64,000 nt of DNA from Squalus acanthias (Eukaryota), in the NCBI GenBank assembly GCA_030390025.1, contig CM059431.1, positions 111,540,001-111,604,000 of the forward strand. The letters are read 5' to 3'. A model generated the notes under the pieces. That model was not told the DNA's origin and ran no database searches. It saw only the letters and a program-made list of their open reading frames with translations. The translations under genes were made by a program, and so were the position numbers. This document shows positions 23,801 to 35,800 of this stretch, piece by piece (the first letter of the stretch is position 1; the number at the start of each line of letters is the position of its first letter).

Positions 23801-26800
23801 AATGTCACATAAAGTGGTATTTTAATGTTAATTACCTTAAATTACATGGGCTAGTATCTAGCCAAATAGAGTGATTGGTACAACATTATAAATGAACTTA
23901 CCAGACCAGGTACAGAGGAGTTAATTTGTCTTTCTTCTTCAGAATCTAATAGTTTCAGTAACTGTAAGATGTATCTGCCAAATTGAAGGGGGGGTGCAGT
24001 TGGGGGGGAAGAGAGATAGGGGAACATCTTTACTGTTGTTCACTGTAAAAATGATTTTATATTCTTCTGTATCCCTGATAATATGGACTGGTTTGTTGAC
24101 CTAATTCATCACTGAAGGGGCCAGCAACATGGAATGAGACCCGATATCCTGCTCCTGATGTTTGAAATGCTTGCCCGGACACCACCACGTTGAAGGGGGA
24201 TGACTATTGGACAAGTGGTGAAGAGTTACTGCAAGTGGCAAACTGCCCCAGCCTACAAGTGTAGGGGGTGGTTCGGCCCGACTGCCTGCCTCTCTTCCGT
24301 GGCTACATTCGCGCCCGGGTGGCCCTGGAGATGGAGCACGCGGTGTCCGCTGGCATGCTCGAGGCCTTTCGCGACCGGTGGGCACTGAAGGGACTGGAGT
24401 GCATCATCACCCCCGGCAACAAAATTTTAATTTGATTTGTTAAGTTTCCTTTAAAGCTTTTTGTTAAGTTACAGTTTTTTTTTAATTGGTTATGCCCCTT
24501 TAATTGGCAATTGCCACATGAAGAAGAGTCAGCATACAAGGGTCCCATATTATTGCTCAAAGACATATACAGCTGGAGCTTAACATCCTTCCTTCCCTTT
24601 TTTCTCCCACCCCACAACCACCGCCGGCACAAGCAGCTGATGATCTGATGTTTATCACAGTGAAAATATAACAGTTTGTGCACAGTCATGCAAAAAAAAA
24701 CACTGAATAAAAGTAACAAGGAAAGTACAAGTTGATAAGACAGGAATTGACGCCGATTTTGGAAGGGTGAATACTTGCCTTGGCAACATGGGCTTTCGGA
24801 AGGAAGATAAGGTCAATGACACAACAAGCTCGGCAAGTGCCAGCAGCACCACCTTGTCACAAAATGTTTCCATAGTCACTGCTCAGCAGCTCTATCAGAA
24901 ATGATCTAGTTTTAGTTGAGTCAAGCAGCAGTTGGCATGATGTTCTGCATCACGTTGTACTGCACTGCTGAACATAAAGACAAGTCATTAGAAGCAGATG
25001 GCACGGGGGGGGTTGGGTTGGGAGAGGAATCTAAATTACCTTGGTGGAGTGTCCCGACAGCCACTATGGATTCTCCATACACCAAGTGCACCACTAGCCA
25101 TGGCCACATGCCAAGCTTAGCATGGGGTCTGACATGGGCAATTCCTGCCATCTGCTACAAACTAGCTACCTGTCGCCAGTCCTCGCTACTGTTAACTTGT
25201 ACAACGTGCACTGGATATTCTGTTTGTTTAATAAGTGCCGTGAAAGCGGGTACTCTGTGGGCTCGCCAGCAATACTGGGTTTTTCCCCAAGTGATGGGAG
25301 AGGTAGAATATGTCTGCCTTAATATGGGTAGGTGTAGTGAAGGTGGGCAGAGGAAACGCTTCAAGGACACCCTCAAAGCCTCCTTGAAAAAATGCAACAT
25401 CCCCACTGACACCTGGGGATCCCTGGCCCAAGACCGCACAAAGTGGAGGAGAAGCATCTGGGAAGGCGCCGAACACCTCGAGTCTCTTCGCCGGGAGCAA
25501 GCGGAGGCCAAGCGCAGGCAGCGGAAGGAGCGCACGTCAACCCAAGCACCCCACCCACCCGCCCCTTCAACCACCGTCTGCCCCACCTGTGACAGAGACT
25601 GTAGGTCCCGCAGTGGACTCATCAGTCACCTGAGAACTCATTTTTAATGTGGAAGCAAGTCATCCTCGGTTCCGAGGGACTGCCTAATAAAAAGAGGTGT
25701 ATTCAAAAGATATACATGTGACAGGAAATATGTCTTCCGATGTCACCGTGCACATCGGTGGCTGTTGTCCAGCCATGATGCCTTCATTGCGTTGCATTCC
25801 ATGGTGCCCGCATTATCTGAAGGGGGAGAAACACAGGGTGGATTGGTTCTTTTGAAAGGCAGGGCTCTCCTCTGCATCCAAGGTTGCTGGCCCCACTGAG
25901 AAAGCAGAAGAGCGTCTCAGTCAGGTCATCTCAGCAGCGGTTTGCTGTTCCTGGGCTGCCACTTCCATTTTCAAGAAAAGTGCGCCACGCAACTTTGGCA
26001 GACCGAGAGAAAGTGTGAAAACGGCAATGATTGTGTCCAATGTTTCAAGTGGTACCTCCTCGAGGGTGTGGGAGTTCCCAGCTAAGCAATGCCCATGCTG
26101 ATAGGCCCGAGAAAAAAGTGTGTGCCAGTAAGGGACACACTCACCTTTGGCTTGCTTCTGATAAAGGCACACTTCTACCTCGGTTACAGCCAAGTATAAG
26201 GGAGGTGAGTGACTCCCCTGACTCGGGCAGCAACCTCCCTCTATCTAGTTGGCCCCTGTCTATTTACTGGAGAATGGCACCTTCTACAATAGGGCCTCCA
26301 ACTCTTCAGCATCAAAAGGGAGCAGTTTTGCCCTCAGTGTCATTCTGAACAATTAGTTCACTTCTCTTGTCACCACAACTTTCCTTCTTATAGAGAGCTG
26401 CAGCCTTTTAAGAGCAGTTTTGGCACTGAAGTTTGTGATTCCCAGCCAAGTGTGCTGTTGGCCAAGCTCTCTGGGCAAGCTTTACCTTTGCCTGTTGCCT
26501 TGGTCAAATGAGGAGTTGTTCTCCTACCAATTAACTAATGGAGCAGCTCAAAAAACTGCCTTAGATGTACAGGCTGGGGATTCTCATGAAACCCTGAACA
26601 CATAAATTAAAAGCAATCACACCAAACAATTCCCATTAGGCTCTGACCCTCCTCATCCCGACAGCAAAACAGAGTCGGGTGGCATTCATTCCTTTCTCAG
26701 CATCATGTATTTTTAACTCCAGCCTCAGAAAAACAGTCTGCATCCCATCAGCGTGACCTTTTTTTTCCCCCAACATTTCCCATAATTTGCAGCCATTTGG

Positions 26801-29800
26801 CTTCTCATAGACAGAAGCTGTCACTTCGCCATGCTCATCAGTTTTAAATTCTGGGCAGTGTGGAGCTGTGGGCTTGTAGCCAGGATTGGACAGGCATCCA
26901 CAGGCAACACTGCATCTGGAAGGTCTACCAGAAGACAAACCCCATTTGCTTCACCCAAAAGTCCTGTCGCTAATCAGATCCAGCAATGAAACACCGTTCC
27001 AAAACCCCTTGTGGACTGTTTTTAAATACGCTGTGCCCGTACCCATGATGTCATCTTCATCAATAAATAACTTGGTTTTTACTGGAAAATTCTCCAGCCA
27101 GTGCAGACAACAGAAAACCTCCCACAGTTGTCATGGCAAGGATTCACAAAAGTACACAAAAATCCAAAGCAAACCCAGAAGACCCAAACACGTCTTCAGA
27201 GCACATTTAACAAGTCATGGAATGTTCTTACCTGGTAGTCTAAACAATAAAATATCTGAAGTTACATTTTTCCATTATTAGTGATTAATTTTCACAGTCT
27301 TCACATTCTTTTCATGCTTTTCCTTACATTTTTACTCAAGATGAGGCTGCCTCTTATGTAAATTATTTTTCTCCCTTGAACTTCATTGGTCCTCGCTATC
27401 CCTATGGGCAGCTTGCCCACAGCCTCCAGCAATACCCATCTAAAAGTGATCTTTACGAGGTGCACAGGGGTATGATTCTCCCGCCAAGTGAAGAGAGGTT
27501 TGTATTTCATTTGCCGCCTCCTCATAATGGCATAGCCGAGACAGTCAAAGTTTAGAATCAGTTTTCCCCTTTTAAAAACATTTTTTTTCGCCTTTTATAT
27601 AAGGTCTGCAGCACTACACCATTTCCTTGACTCAGGGACAGCCAAATCACCTCTTCTCCCAAATCCCAGCCTTCAGTCAGTAGCTAGGACATGATCGACT
27701 CACCCTCCCTCGGTATGGGGGAAGTGGTTCATCTCCATTCGGTGTCTTCCACTGGCTGAGATCAGGAATTCACCGCAAATGGACATCCCACACACCAGTT
27801 TGCTGTGCCACGAGGCTTCCGTTTACCAGAAATTAACTTTTCAGAAAATGCGTCCATGTTTCCGACTTATTTCCTAGTTTAATTCAATGTTAGTTGAGAT
27901 TGTGAGTGTGATGACAAAGGGCCTACCAACGATAAAGTCTTGTGGAAACCATGTAACTTAAAGCAGGAGTCTCACCACCAAGACCTTTTGTTTCAAATAT
28001 CAAATAATGGCAAAGAATTGCAATTCTTTATTTCTATTAAAGGATTATAAGTGATATCTTGTTGCCTCATTCCAATTCACTTCAATAGAAGTTTTTTGTG
28101 TATGCACTACGGAGAAAGATTTCCTCAACGCACTATTTGTGGTAAAATCATAAATGTGAGTCTAAAGAACAGATCTATGATTTTAACATAAATAGCTGAT
28201 GATATCGTCAGGAGTACTGACTTGAACAAGTTTGTAAGACTGACAATGGTGAGGATCCTGAAGTTACATTAGCAAGCTCGGTATGGTCCTTCTTGTCTGA
28301 AGGTAGTTCAGCCTTTACATATCAATAAATTACATCAAAGCAGCAGAGAAAACAAGAGGGGAGAAACTCGACGACTACATTTTGAGACCAGCTTGGAGTT
28401 TTGAAATGTGGTGACTGCTGTTATGTGGTCAAATGCAGTAGTCATTATGCATGTAAGATCCCACAAACATCAGAGAGATAAATGACCAATTAATCGTTTT
28501 TTGCTTAAGTGTTGGTTGAGAGAGGAATGTTGGCTAGGACACCAGATTAAAGCACCGGAGAGGGCAGATGGAGCCTCGGTTTAATGGGCCATTTATAGGA
28601 TGGCACCTCTGGCAATGCAGCAGTCCCTCAGTACTGCACTTGGGGTTCAACCTCAATTATTTGCTCCAATACTGTGGTGGGACTTGAACCCACAACCTCT
28701 GACTCAGCAGTGACCGCTACCAACTGACCTGCTGTACGTTGCGAGTTTCATCAGGATTTACATGCAGTAAATTTAAAATGTGCAGGGACCCAGTCTTGCA
28801 CAAATTTAGCAACATTTAATTGCCAAGTAAAACGTCCCAGACAGAACATTTTCACTGCCATACTCTTATCTTTTCACGCCAGTACCTCCAATGTCAATAG
28901 CATTCGATGTTCAAATAAATTTTAAAAAGCTCACAGGAAAATAAAGGTGATCAGAGGTGCAAAGGGAGGCTCACAAAAAGTATAGCTGCAGAGTTGAAAC
29001 AAAATAATTCTTTTCGTATTTCGACAGAAATACGGCAGCCAGAGAAGAGATTAGGGGCTAAAATTTGGGGGCGCTAACTTCGCCGGGTTTAGCGCCCCAG
29101 AAAAATTAGCGCCCCCCCGCGACGGAAATTGAGTGGTAGCGCCCCAAGATGGAAGCGGGGCACTACTGAAAGCACCCCGCCACCCTCTTGGGGCGCTGCG
29201 AAGAAATATCGCGGTGCGATGGCGCTGCAACACATCGCGCCGCGGTATTGCAGGCCTTACTCCCCTTCTTAAAGGGGAGGGACCTATCGCAGTGCGGCCT
29301 GGGGCCCAGCTGGGCCCCCGGGGAACGGGAGTGGAGGCAGGTGCTGGCAGGCGGCCAGCAACAAAAATGGCCGCCCCGCACCTCGCCTTTAAATAGCGCC
29401 TCCCCGGCCGCAGGTAGGCCCCCCTGACCCCGTCGGACATCGCGTCCGGCAGTAAGTCAGGGGGGCGCTCCCGAAGATTGCGGCTGGGGCGCTGCACACG
29501 GCGATGACATTATCACCGGCAGCACAGCGCCACGGGGCGCTACCGGTTACCACCGCCGCTAACCGCCCGCTGAATGTCACGGGAGGCGTTGGTGGCGCTG
29601 CACCCGGGCGCTAGTTGCTTTGCGCCCCGTTAGCGCCCTCTTAGGGCGCTAACGGGATGCACAAAGCAACTGAATTTTTCCCCCTAGATCCATAAAAAAT
29701 ATGCAAACAAGCTTGAAACAAATATGAGCACAAGGTAGTAGTTATTCATCACACAAAGGGGTAGATTTTGACTTTGTGCGACAGTGTAAAACGGGTGATA

Positions 29801-32800
29801 GCGAGTCAGCAGAACGTTTTACATCTCTCCCCATTTTTATTCCCATTGAAATCAATAGAAAGAAAGAAAAGACTTACATTTGTATAGCGCCTTTCACGAC
29901 CACCGGACGTCTCAAAGCGCTTTACAGCCAATGAAGTACTTTTGAAGTGTAGTCACTGTTGTAATGTGGGAAACGCGGCAGCACAAACAACAACGTGATA
30001 ATGACCAGATAATCTGTTTTAGTGATGTTGATTGAGGGATAAATATTGGCCAGAACACCGGGGATAACTCCCCTGCTCTTCTTCAAAATAGTGCCATGGG
30101 ATCTTTTACGTCCACCTGGGAGAGCAGACGGGGCCTCGGTTTAATGTTTCATCCAAAAGACGGCACCTCCGACAGTGCAGCACTCCCTCAGCACTGTACT
30201 GGAGTGTCGGCCTAGATTTATGCTCTCAAGTCCCTGAAGTGGGAATTGAATCCACAACCTGCTGACTCAGAGGCAAGTGTGCTACCCACTGAGCCACAGC
30301 TGGCACCTAAATAAAAACCCGGAGTGATGTACTCACCACATTACAGGAAATATGTGATTGCACTAGAGAGGGTACAGAGGAGATTTGCCAGGACTGGAGA
30401 ATTTTAGCTATGAGGAAAGATTGGATAGGCTGGGGTTGTTTTCTTTGGAACAGAGGAGGCTGAGGGGAGATTTAATTGAGGTGTATAACATTATGAGGGG
30501 CCTAGATAGAGTGGATAGGAAGGACCTATTTCCCTTAGCAGAGAGGTCAATAACTAGGGGGCATAGATTTAAAAGTAATTGTTAGAAGGATTAAAGGGGA
30601 GTTGAGGAGAACTTTTTTCACCCAGAGGGTGGTGGCGGTCTGGAACTCACTGCCTGAAAGGGTGGTAGAGGCAGAAACCCTCATCACATTTAAAAAGTAC
30701 TTGGATATGCACTTGAAGTGCCGTAACCTGCAAGGCTACGGATCAAGAGCTGGAAAGTGGGATTAGGCTGGATGGTTCTTTTTCAGCCAGCACGGACACG
30801 ATGGGCCGAATGGCTTCCTTCTGTGCCGTAAATTTCTATGATTCTCTGATTCACTATTGCCCATTTTACACTATTGCACGAAGTCAAGATCTACCCCAAA
30901 GAGTGATCAATGCGCGGAATGGACTTCCAAATAGAGTAGTGGAGGCAAAAAACCTGGTAACAATTGGAGGCTGCAATGGGGGGATACTTTAGTGTATTTA
31001 TGAATGAATGAATTAAGATGGGACGAATAGCCTTCCTCATTCGTAATCATCTTGTGACAGAACAAAATGGGAACAGGACGAGGCCATTCAGCCCCTCGAG
31101 CCTGTTCCACCATTCAATTAGATCATGGCTCACCTGCAGCTTAGCTCCAACTACCTGCCTTGGTTTCCGTAACCCTTAGTAGCCTTGCCTAACAAAAATA
31201 AATCAAATAAAAGTATAATTCTTCCGTGATTTTTAAAAGGAGTTAAATGGTGAGATTCTCTCCTTAAAATCATACTGACATTCTTACCAACATTAAGTCA
31301 CACTTTGTGACAACTTGTGCGGTTGTCACAAGCAAAAGCGGATAACACAGTGTAAGCTTGCTACAAAGATTCGTAAATATTTATTCACTGCAGACCACAG
31401 CAATTAGAGCATCAATGAAACAGTGACAGACAGCTGACACGACCACAGGCACATCAATTAGTCACACGGACCAGGCAACAGGTGCAGTATTAGGGCAGAC
31501 TTTGCAAGCAGGCCGCAGGCTGCTCTCACCTCTTGGAGGTCCCGCTCTCCGACTGCTGCAACAGCTTGCCCGAGTTGGTGTAAAAGGGCTTCAGGAAAGA
31601 AGGGGTGGACAGGGATGAGGGAAGGCTGCTGGAAGTGGATTCGTTCTCTGAGTTACCGCGATTGCGTCTCACGATATTGATGGGGCTGAGCAAGGGGAAC
31701 CAGAAGAGGGGGGGGGGGAAAACACAGAAAAAAAAATCAACAGTCAAATGATGGAAGTGAGGAGCGACAGTCTGTCGAGTGAAAAGTGCTGTAAGTAGGA
31801 AACTGCAGGAGTTCCCCAGGAGATAGATTTTTTTTTAAAATCCTGATAATATTGGAAATACACAACAGATCTGGCAGCTTCGAGAAAGATAGATTATCAT
31901 TTTGGGTAAATACTCGGAATTCTGATGCAGGGTCTCCAACCGAAACATTAGCCCTGAAACTTGTCTCGGCGCAAAACAGCCGGTATCGGATTGGCCGCCC
32001 GTCATACGCAGCGCCCACTATTCAGATCCATTGGCTGCGATGTGGGAATTTTACATGAAGACCGCCCCCTTTAAACAATAATAACTCACTGCAGCTTGTA
32101 AATTAGATCACTGAACATTTGGAAACAGATTCAACCTAACATTGCATGCTACCCTGAACTGAGATATGAAGCTGATTATGTGAAAGTTATTTGATGGTAT
32201 CTCAGAGCAACTGGTGTTTATTTTGAAAACTTCTAACTTTTCAAATTAGACGTGTAGGTGTCTCGTTTCTTCAGTGTATTACTGTATTCTGCACTACGCT
32301 GCAGAGAGCATTTTACACACTTTGATTTCACACCTTTTTATGAGAGTGGCGTATTTCAGAACGTTAATGTTAAGATTTATACGACTTTAGATGGAAATAA
32401 TTCAGTAACATATCACAGTTAATCTACGGATAGACTAAAAATATTGTGCTTTTTTTTTAAAAAGGAAGTTCAGATACATCTTTAGCACTCGCAGGCTGGG
32501 AGCGTGTATCAGGAATTTGGATCCTTAGCCCCCCCACAATGTTTCATGCATGTATGAACTCCCGATATGTGCTCCTGGCCCACATCGCTCTGCACTGGGA
32601 TCACTAAAGATAAAACTTTACTTTTAATTCTTTGCTCTCCTCTATTTAGGTCTCCCCTATGTCATGAACAATCTTCTGACTGAGAGGCCAGGTATCCAAG
32701 CTGTTTCTGGATCTTTGCCAATTCTGCTATTGAGGTGCCACGCTCTGATTTTCCCATCCTCTAGGAAACCATCTGCTCTCTGATCTTCCCCCTCCGTAGC

Positions 32801-35800
32801 TGCATTATGTCTGAGTTTGAGAACACTGAGTGTGAGGAATCAGGGCCTCAATGCAAGACTTAATTCTCTGTGACACATATTCCCAAGCCTTTGTGTAAAA
32901 AAAATTCAAATATTAAAAAAAAAATCAAAATAGGTCATCGAAAAGTTCTTTTAAGATTTTCATGTTGAGAAAAAAGAGATTTGGAATTATTTACGGGACC
33001 TCTCTTCACAAAGCACAATCATGAGTGCGCACCTGGCAAGTGCACCAGCACGAGATCATGGTACAAACCCTCACCTCACCTGGCATTCATATTTGGGCAT
33101 GAAGTCAAGTTAGCTGACTAACAGGAGGGAGCGAAAACGTAAGAGTGAAGGCTACATACCGGGTTGCACCTCAGCAGTCCCCAGCCACTCTGAGTGTGCT
33201 ACTGACAAAAGCTATGGCAATGTCCGCCCACCTATCTCTACCCCTTAACCAGAGTCCAGAGTTCGCGGTACGAAAATCAGGTCGGAGAGGAAAGAGATGA
33301 TAAAATTGCAAAACAACAGAGGCACTTTAATAGAAAACATTACCCTACAATGAAACCCAAGATGTATTTAAGAAGAAGTTAGCACAACAGATTCCAAAAA
33401 ATCTGCTGTTTTTAACTGCCATTTATTGATTCAATTACAATTTTAAAAACTACAGCTCATTTAATAAAATGAATGTAGGCGTGAAATTTAAAAAAAAACT
33501 GTATACAATTTGAGATTAATGATAAAACCTTTACTTTTTTTTAAACATTCAGAAAAGAACAAACTGATAAACACAATGCAACTTCTAAGACAAGTCATTC
33601 AATTGGAATTCTGCTTAGTTCAGGAGTTCCACAAACTTTAGATGTTTAAAAAGTTGCCAATCGGTAAATTTATATCTGGTCTAGAGTGCGCACGCCATGC
33701 GGAAAACCACTCTGAACAGACACGACAGGCAAACAGTTTGCAGCACTGGCTGGATGTCTGAAATATGCCGTTGTCCCTGTTTGAAATTAGGTTGATTCAG
33801 CACAATAATCATTAAACTCCGGGGAAAAGCTTCCTCTATTTGTAGCAAAATCATAAATCGGAATGTAAAGAATGTGTTTACAGTTTCATTAGAAACGGTG
33901 AAGAGGGAAAACCTCCCCGGAGTAACTGAGGAGACACTTGATGCTTGAATCAAGGTTTGATGTTTAAGCATTATGCTTGGATCGGAATCATGCCTGGATC
34001 AGCAATTCTACACAATGGTCCGACGTCACTGGATTGAGTTCTGCCTCAAGTGATATAATTAAAATTTTGCCATTTGCCTTCAGTCTGGTGGTTTACTTGG
34101 GTTCACATTTATCGCTTAGAAAACACTTCAATAACTACTAGCTGATCTCCCGCGGTGTCTCGAGTCTTAAGCACGGCTCGTAATGTTTACCTGGCCGGCC
34201 CTTTTAAGTTCACTGCTCTAAACAGGCAAGTCTAGGTAACTGGGGCTACATATAAGCTGCTGAGGTCAATCAGAGTGCAGTTATAATTGCGAGTAAATTT
34301 CAGGCTCCAGGTCAATGATGGGCTTTCCTTCTCTATTCCTCACAGATTGTTTTGCTCCTGTGCAAAGTGTGACTTTTTGAGTGTGACAGATGTGTGATGG
34401 AACCAGACTTTTACACAAACACTGATATTATCAATAAATTGCAAGGTTGCTGAATAAAGCTGAACTTTTCCCTATTTCCTGATAGTGGTGCAAAGAAGGG
34501 CTCTGGGTAATTATTTGGAGAAACACAAACAGCATCAGTGAGAATGAAGGAATGAATGAGATGTAGTTTGTCAATGAGTGCAATGCTTGGATCAGCCATG
34601 CGTCTGTCTGGAATCAACTATATCGCATCTTACAAGGATTACAACAGTCGCTGTACATTAGATTGTTTTTTAAATTTGCATATGCATGTACCGATTCCTA
34701 TATAGTTTTAACCTTTGTTTTCCTCACTAAGCAGTTGCCTTTTTTTGTAACGGTAGCTTGATTGTGAATTAAGGATTCGTTTGATCTGGGACAGGATCTT
34801 GTGACATGAAGAGGAATATCATCACTGCAGCGTTAAAAGATAAACAGTTCCACAAAACAAAGGGACAGAGAGAGAGAGAAGTAATTAAAGACGTCACGTG
34901 GAACAAGTATTGCAAACGTACTCATCTCCAGACAATGACGCTCCTCTGCCCCACCCCCCACCCGCACAAGCTTTTTACCTGCTCCGAAGTATCTCCGATT
35001 GCTGGCGAAAGATCGGAGTCCTGCCGTGGTGCGGCTTCTCATCGGGAAAACTGATCCTCCGCTTGCTGCTCGACGGCGGGTGGCTGAAGGTGTGAGCCCG
35101 TCTCCGGAACTGGGGCGAGTCGGGGTCTTCTTCTGCGAACGGCTGGCCCAGCGAGGAGACGGGTGAATCCCGGGGGCTGACCGGCGGAGAATTGGGAGGG
35201 GACTCGCCTGGAGAACCGTCCTGCACCAGAACCAACACACAGGTCAGGGAACAAAAAAGCAATGACACCGCTCGCTCTAAAAAGCTGACAGCAGAGCAAA
35301 AATCCTGTAAATCTGTCAACACAGTCTCAGACTCCCATTGTATGCTAATTTGTGCTATCTCACCAACTCCCATATCCTGCCCGTCTTAATCTAGTGAAGA
35401 CTTACAAATACTGCTGCGCGCTGCTGATAAGTAAGTTAAATTTCAAGCTTTCTACATAAAGTGTGCAGGGGACCAGCCTTTCCACTTCTCTCTTGCTGAT
35501 GACAACTTATGTTCAGTGTTTTGAAAGTGATCCTCGAAGGCTGGAACTGCTTTCGCAAGCACTTCCTCTGCATTTCACCAGCTGACTTCCTGCTCCATGG
35601 AAAGTATCTGAACAAAACAAGTCTATCATTTGAAAAGTATCACTGGTCAACTCAATCAGACAAGCACTGAGGTGGGGGGGGGGTGGGGGGACTCAAAGGG
35701 CGCCACTGACCCCGGGACTCACCCTGGATGCATCCGATGCCAAGCTGTTGCAACGTTCAAAGCTGTCCATACTTCCCAACCGACCCCGCATCTTGGCGCC

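Noticed and set aside
23902..23961. Exon-like segment with a perfect GTAAGT donor
   Set aside because: Both the 44- and 60-nt versions give an immediate stop in the required phase 2, and there is no TBC1D4 similarity
24916..25647. 243-aa ORF as a novel gene
   Set aside because: Chance read-through of decayed Harbinger sequence into an RTE 3' fragment; non-ATG start
26145..27239. Tandem microexons of 8 nt (27232-27239) and 13 nt (26145-26157) that together encode RLPEASQS, resembling the mammalian RQDTASES exon
   Set aside because: The 26144 donor is better explained as the intron donor of the fossil Harbinger Myb-like gene. Other arbitrary combinations (13+44 nt) also keep frame, so chance is likely; only RNA-seq could rescue it.
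26900..27300. Possible Gypsy RT remnant (CLDYQ, DDIM) on the minus strand
   Set aside because: Motifs too short and spacing unconvincing
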